This document shows, piece by piece, positions 59,239-64,000 of a stretch of DNA of 64,000 bases. Position 1 is the first letter of the stretch; the number at the start of each line of letters is the position of its first letter. The notes under the pieces were generated by a model that was given only the letters and a program-made list of their open reading frames with translations, did no database searches and was not told the DNA's origin. This DNA is from Spirochaetales bacterium. GTDB lineage: Bacteria > Spirochaetota > Spirochaetia > JABEVK01. The DNA lies in NCBI GenBank assembly GCA_037142615.1, contig JBAXAI010000004.1, positions 64,001 to 128,000 on the forward strand, in the 5' to 3' direction. The translations under genes and the position numbers were made by a program.

Positions 59239-62200
59239 ATGAATTTGACACGACCGAAGAAGATTGAACGCGTGTACATCGGTAAAGAAGTCCAGGAGGT
59301 CATGGAACTCCCCGACCTCATCGACATCCAGCTCTCCTCGTACGAGCGCTTCCTGCAGCGCGAAAAACTCAAGAACAAAATCGCTATCACGCGAACCGGG
59401 CTGGAAGAAGTCTTTCAGGAGACGTTTCCCATTGTCAGCCAAAACGAAGAACTGACCCTCGAATACTCTCATTATACGCTGGACGAGAACGGCGTCAAAT
59501 TTTCTGAAAACGAATGCAAGAAAAAGGGCCTCACCTACGCCATTCCCCTGAAGGCCCGCATCAATTTGTACTTTAACAGCACTGGCGAAATCCGTCAGAA
59601 AGACATCTACATGGGCGACATTCCCATCATGACCGACCGGGGCACCTTCATCGTCAACGGGGCCGAGCGCGTTGTGGTTTCCCAGATTCACCGGTCACCC
59701 GGCGTTGTGTTCAGCCACGAAAAGGGCATTTTCTCGAGCCGCATTATTCCCAACAAAGGCAGTTGGCTCGAGTTTGAAATCGACCAGAAGAAAGAATTGG
59801 TTTACGCCAAGATCGACCGCAAGAAGCGCATCCTGGCGACCTTGCTCCTGCGTTCCCTGGGTCTACACACCCGTGACGAGATTCTTTCGTACTTCTACGA
59901 AACCAAGGTCGTCACCCTCGAGGCCTCCGAAGCCGCCAAAGAAAAGCTTTCGGGTACCATCCTCGCCAAGAGTGTTTGGGTGGAAGAAAACGGCACCAAG
60001 AAGAAGCTCTTTCGCGCCGGTGAGCGCCTGCACGCCCACGAGTTCGACGAACTCATCCACCAGGGTGTCAAGGAAATCACGCTCGTCGACGATTCCCGCG
60101 CCAAGGGCAAGGAAGAAGGGGCCAGCTACCTTTCGAGCCGCATCATCCTGAACTGCTTTGAGCGCGAAGATGCCAAGTACGTGCGCGACCCCAGCGTCAG
60201 CGACGAACCTACCCGCGAAGATGCTCTGGCCGCCGTTTACTCCGTTCTGCTTCCCGGCGAGCCGGTGTCGGTCGAGAGCGCCGAAAAAGACCTTGCCATG
60301 ATGTTTTTCAACCCTCGCCGCTACGACCTGGGCAAGGTGGGGCGCTACAAGCTGAACAAGAAGTTCGGCTACGAAGTGCCCATCGAAGAAACGGTTCTGA
60401 CGCGTGACGACATCATCAACACCATGTTGCACCTGATCAAGGTGTATCATGAAGACGCCAACATCGACGACATCGACCATTTGGGCAACCGCCGCGTGCG
60501 TTCCGTCGGCGAGCTGCTGGGCAACGTCATGAAGACGGCCTTTAGCCGAATGGAGCGGATCGCCAAGGAACGCATGACGCTGAAAGAAATCGAGACCCTG
60601 AAACCCCAGGATCTCGTTTCGATCAAGCCCGTTGTCGCAGCGATCAAAGAGTTCTTCGGCTCCAGCCAATTGTCGCAGTTCATGGACCAGGTTAATCCGC
60701 TTGCCGAGTTGACCCATAAGCGCCGCCTCAACGCCCTCGGGCCGGGTGGCCTTTCCCGCGACCGCGCCGGCTTCGAAGTCCGCGACGTTCACTACACCCA
60801 TTACGGCCGCATGTGCCCCATCGAAACTCCTGAAGGACCGAACATCGGCCTCATCGTTTCGCTCGCGAGTTACACGCGGGTCAACGACTATGGGTTCCTT
60901 GAAACCCCCTACCGCAAGGTTGTGGGCGGCAAAGCGACCAACAAGGTCGAGTACCTGTCGGCCATCGACGAAGAGAAGTTCTACATCGCTCAGGCCTCGG
61001 CCAAGCTGACCAAAGACGGCTCTTTCCTCGAAGACCAGGTTCCCTCCCGCAAGGCTGGTGACTACACCACCAAAGAAGCCGCTTCGTTGCAGTACATGGA
61101 TGTGTCGCCCAAGCAGATCATCTCGGTCAGCTCGGCTCTCATCCCCTTCCTCGAGCACGATGACGCCAACCGCGCCCTGATGGGTTCGAACATGCAGCGC
61201 CAGGCCGTTCCCTTGCTCTTCCCGGATCCGCCGATTGTTGGCACCGGCATGGAAAAGAAGGCCGCCTACGATTCGGGTGTCTTGGTAAAGGCAAAACGTG
61301 GTGGAGAAGTCACTTACGTGTCGTCGACCCACATCTACATCAAACCGACCGATGCCGCCGTGGCCGAAGAGCGCGACGAGTACGAACTGATCAAGTTTGC
61401 CCGTACCAACCAGGACACGTGTTTCAACCACCGTCCTGTTGTTCGCGTTGGCGACAAGATCGAGAAGGGTGCGGTGCTGGCCGACGGTCCGGCCACCCTG
61501 CACGGAGAGCTGGCTCTGGGCCGCAACCTGCTTCTGGGCTTCGTGCCCTGGAACGGCTACAACTATGAGGATGCCATCCTCATCAGTGAGCGCGTTGTCA
61601 AAGAAGACCTGTTCACTTCGATCCACATCAAGGAGTTCAGCACCGAGATCCGTGAAACGAAGCTCGGGCCGGAGCGCATCACCCGCGACGTCCCCAACTG
61701 CAGCGAAAAGGCCCTTGAGGACCTCGACGACGAAGGCATCGCCTGTGTTGGTTCCAAGGTGAAGGCTGGCTCGATCCTCGTTGGCAAGGTGACCCCGAAG
61801 TCGGAGACCGAAACCACGCCCGAGTTCAAGCTGCTCAACAGTATTTTCGGCGAGAAGGCCAAGGACGTCAAAGACAGTTCGCTGCGCCTTCCCCACGGTA
61901 TCGAAGGCACCATTATCGACATTCAGCGCCTCAAGCGCTCCGAAGGTGACGATTTGCCCCCCGGTGTCGACGAAGTGATCAAGGTTCTGGTCGCCAAGAA
62001 GCGCAAGCTCAAGGAAGGCGACAAAATGGCTGGCCGCCACGGCAACAAGGGCGTTGTCGCACGCATTCTCCCGGTCGAAGACATGCCCTACATGGAAGAC
62101 GGTACGTCTCTCGACATCTGCCTCAACCCCTTGGGTGTTCCGTCCCGCATGAACCTCGGCCAGATCCTCGAATCGGAGCTCGGCATCGCCGGCTACCTGC

Positions 62201-62763
62201 TGGGCGAGCACTATTCGACACCGGTGTTTCAATCCGCCAGCGCGGAAATGATCGAGGACAAGCTCGAAAGTGCTGGCTTCAGCCGAACCAGCAAGACCAC
62301 TCTGATCGACGGCCGCACCGGAGTTGCCTTCGTGAACCCGGTCATGGTCGGCGTCATGTACGTGCTCAAGCTTCACCACTTGGTCGATGACAAGATGCAC
62401 GCACGCTCCACGGGGCCTTACTCGCTGGTCACCCAGCAGCCCTTGGGCGGAAAGGCCCAGTTCGGCGGACAGCGCCTCGGGGAAATGGAAGTCTGGGCTC
62501 TCGAAGCCTACGGCGCCGCCAATACTCTTCAGGAACTGCTGACCATCAAGTCCGACGACATGACCGGGCGTGCCAAGATTTACGAAGCCATCGTGAAGGG
62601 TGAAGCCACCAGTACCGCCGGTATCCCCGAGTCGTTCAACGTGCTCGTTCAGGAACTACGCGGTTTGGGCCTCGACCTGACCATCTACGACAGCAAGGAT
62701 CGCCAGATTCCCCTCACCGAGCGGGACGAAGAGCTGATCGCCAAGAACGGAAGCCATTTCTAA
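59239..62763 (+). CDS. rpoB: RNA polymerase beta subunit
   Basis: [36 protein letters not shown]; AGGAGG RBS before the ATG at 59239. Confidence 0.99.
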   Translation: MNLTRPKKIERVYIGKEVQEVMELPDLIDIQLSSYERFLQREKLKNKIAITRTGLEEVFQETFPIVSQNEELTLEYSHYTLDENGVKFSENECKKKGLTYAIPLKARINLYFNSTGEIRQKDIYMGDIPIMTDRGTFIVNGAERVVVSQIHRSPGVVFSHEKGIFSSRIIPNKGSWLEFEIDQKKELVYAKIDRKKRILATLLLRSLGLHTRDEILSYFYETKVVTLEASEAAKEKLSGTILAKSVWVEENGTKKKLFRAGERLHAHEFDELIHQGVKEITLVDDSRAKGKEEGASYLSSRIILNCFEREDAKYVRDPSVSDEPTREDALAAVYSVLLPGEPVSVESAEKDLAMMFFNPRRYDLGKVGRYKLNKKFGYEVPIEETVLTRDDIINTMLHLIKVYHEDANIDDIDHLGNRRVRSVGELLGNVMKTAFSRMERIAKERMTLKEIETLKPQDLVSIKPVVAAIKEFFGSSQLSQFMDQVNPLAELTHKRRLNALGPGGLSRDRAGFEVRDVHYTHYGRMCPIETPEGPNIGLIVSLASYTRVNDYGFLETPYRKVVGGKATNKVEYLSAIDEEKFYIAQASAKLTKDGSFLEDQVPSRKAGDYTTKEAASLQYMDVSPKQIISVSSALIPFLEHDDANRALMGSNMQRQAVPLLFPDPPIVGTGMEKKAAYDSGVLVKAKRGGEVTYVSSTHIYIKPTDAAVAEERDEYELIKFARTNQDTCFNHRPVVRVGDKIEKGAVLADGPATLHGELALGRNLLLGFVPWNGYNYEDAILISERVVKEDLFTSIHIKEFSTEIRETKLGPERITRDVPNCSEKALEDLDDEGIACVGSKVKAGSILVGKVTPKSETETTPEFKLLNSIFGEKAKDVKDSSLRLPHGIEGTIIDIQRLKRSEGDDLPPGVDEVIKVLVAKKRKLKEGDKMAGRHGNKGVVARILPVEDMPYMEDGTSLDICLNPLGVPSRMNLGQILESELGIAGYLLGEHYSTPVFQSASAEMIEDKLESAGFSRTSKTTLIDGRTGVAFVNPVMVGVMYVLKLHHLVDDKMHARSTGPYSLVTQQPLGGKAQFGGQRLGEMEVWALEAYGAANTLQELLTIKSDDMTGRAKIYEAIVKGEATSTAGIPESFNVLVQELRGLGLDLTIYDSKDRQIPLTERDEELIAKNGSHF

Positions 62764-62784
62764 GGCATACGGGAGCACAAACGA

Positions 62785-64000
62785 ATGAGAGACATCCAAG
62801 AGTTCGACAGCATTCTGATCAAGCTGGCCGCCCCCGAGCAAATCAAGGCGTGGTCGTACGGCGAGGTCAAGAAGCCCGAGACCATCAACTATCGCACCTT
62901 GCGCCCCGAGAAGGAAGGTCTGTTCTGCGAGCGGATCTTCGGCACCACCAAGGAATGGGAGTGCTACTGCGGCAAGTTCAAGTCCATCCGCTACAAAGGC
63001 GTGGTGTGCGACCGCTGCGGTGTGGAAGTCACGCACTTCAAGGTCCGTCGCGAGCGCATGGGCCACATCGAACTTGCCAGCCCGGTGAGCCACATCTGGT
63101 ACTACCGCTCGGTGCCGTCCCGCATGGGCCTGCTTCTCGACATTCCGATCGCGAGCCTGCGGTCCATTCTGTACTACGAAAAGTACATCGTCACCGATCC
63201 TGGCGACACCGACCTCAAGAAGGGACAACTCCTTACCGAGGAAGAGTATCTCGAGGCCCAAGATCGCCATGGGATGACCTTTACCGCCGGCATCGGCGCC
63301 GAGGCTATCCGCACCATTCTCGATACCCTCAACCTCGAACAATTGGCCGCAACCCTGCGCCAGAAGATGATCGAGAAGGGCGTCAAGGTCGACAAGCGTC
63401 TCTTGAAACGCATCGAGATCGTCGAAAACTTCCGCAACAGCCACAACAAACCGTCGTGGATGATCATGGACGTCATTCCGGTCATTCCGCCGGACCTCCG
63501 GCCCATGGTTCAGCTCGACGGTGGACGCTTTGCCACCAGCGACCTCAACGACCTCTACCGCCGTGTCATCAACCGCAACAACCGCCTCAAGCGCCTGATT
63601 GCGCTTAACGCTCCCGATATCATCATCCGCAATGAAAAGCGCATGTTGCAAGAAGCCGTCGACGCCTTGTTTGACAACAGCAAGAAGAAGAAAGTGGTGA
63701 AGGGCGCCTCCAACCGTCCCCTCAAGTCGCTTTCTGATCTGCTCAAGGGCAAACAAGGTCGCTTCCGCCAGAACCTTCTCGGCAAGCGCGTCGACTACTC
63801 GGGCCGTTCCGTCATCGTCGTCGGGCCCGAGCTCAAGCTGCACCAGTGCGGCCTGCCGGCCAAAATGGCCCTCGAGCTCTACAAGCCTTTCATCATGAAG
63901 AAGCTGGTCGAGAAGGACGTGGTCTACAACATCAAGAAGGCTAAGACCCTCGTCGAACAGGAAACTGAAGAAGTTTGGGCCATTCTCGACGAAGTCGTCA
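62785..64000 (+). CDS. rpoC: RNA polymerase beta-prime subunit (3'-truncated by window edge)
   Basis: Manual translation [38 protein letters not shown]...; later [18 protein letters not shown]. Confidence 0.98.
   Translation, partial: MRDIQEFDSILIKLAAPEQIKAWSYGEVKKPETINYRTLRPEKEGLFCERIFGTTKEWECYCGKFKSIRYKGVVCDRCGVEVTHFKVRRERMGHIELASPVSHIWYYRSVPSRMGLLLDIPIASLRSILYYEKYIVTDPGDTDLKKGQLLTEEEYLEAQDRHGMTFTAGIGAEAIRTILDTLNLEQLAATLRQKMIEKGVKVDKRLLKRIEIVENFRNSHNKPSWMIMDVIPVIPPDLRPMVQLDGGRFATSDLNDLYRRVINRNNRLKRLIALNAPDIIIRNEKRMLQEAVDALFDNSKKKKVVKGASNRPLKSLSDLLKGKQGRFRQNLLGKRVDYSGRSVIVVGPELKLHQCGLPAKMALELYKPFIMKKLVEKDVVYNIKKAKTLVEQETEEVWAILDEVV

Noticed and set aside
59863-62400. 845-aa antisense ORF over rpoB, and similar long antisense ORFs over recB, dnaK and thrS
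   Set aside because: Shadow frames expected from high-GC codon bias; no recognisable motifs, and they fully overlap conserved genes

Overview
GC-rich chromosomal window from a Spirochaetales bacterium, inferred from the RpoB/RpoC sequence style and the tRNA-Thr–rpmG–tRNA-Trp–secE–nusG–rplKAJL–rpoBC order. Content is mostly core genome. In order: a MoxR/DUF58 cluster, recCBD, an aldose epimerase, a minus-strand redox cluster (UbiA-like, cydAB, rubredoxin-membrane fusion, exported protein, ferric-reductase-like flavoprotein), a CobW GTPase with an SDR, a divergent aroA, pullulanase, rplM-rpsI, two response regulators, a Re-citrate-synthase-like enzyme, rsgA, a LolCDE/LolA-like envelope transporter, grpE-dnaK-dnaJ, a GGDEF protein, an atypical NtrC-like regulator, rlpA, acnA, msrC, an MCP, thrS, a hybrid kinase with a REC-MBL hydrolase, an Hsp70-like protein, tpx and the rif cluster. 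No transposase, integrase, prophage or CRISPR array was seen. The most interesting signals are non-coding: (1) an unannotated 17-codon Thr-rich leader peptide with mutually exclusive hairpins upstream of rsgA; (2) a full-length T-box riboswitch with a translational (SD-sequestering) output upstream of thrS; (3) about ten genes with a -10 hexamer 6-8 nt before the ATG and no SD, i.e. candidate leaderless mRNAs; (4) a probable ATT start codon for the hybrid kinase; (5) triplicated palindromes at the rpsI 3' end. All family calls come from motif recognition by eye; no database search was run.
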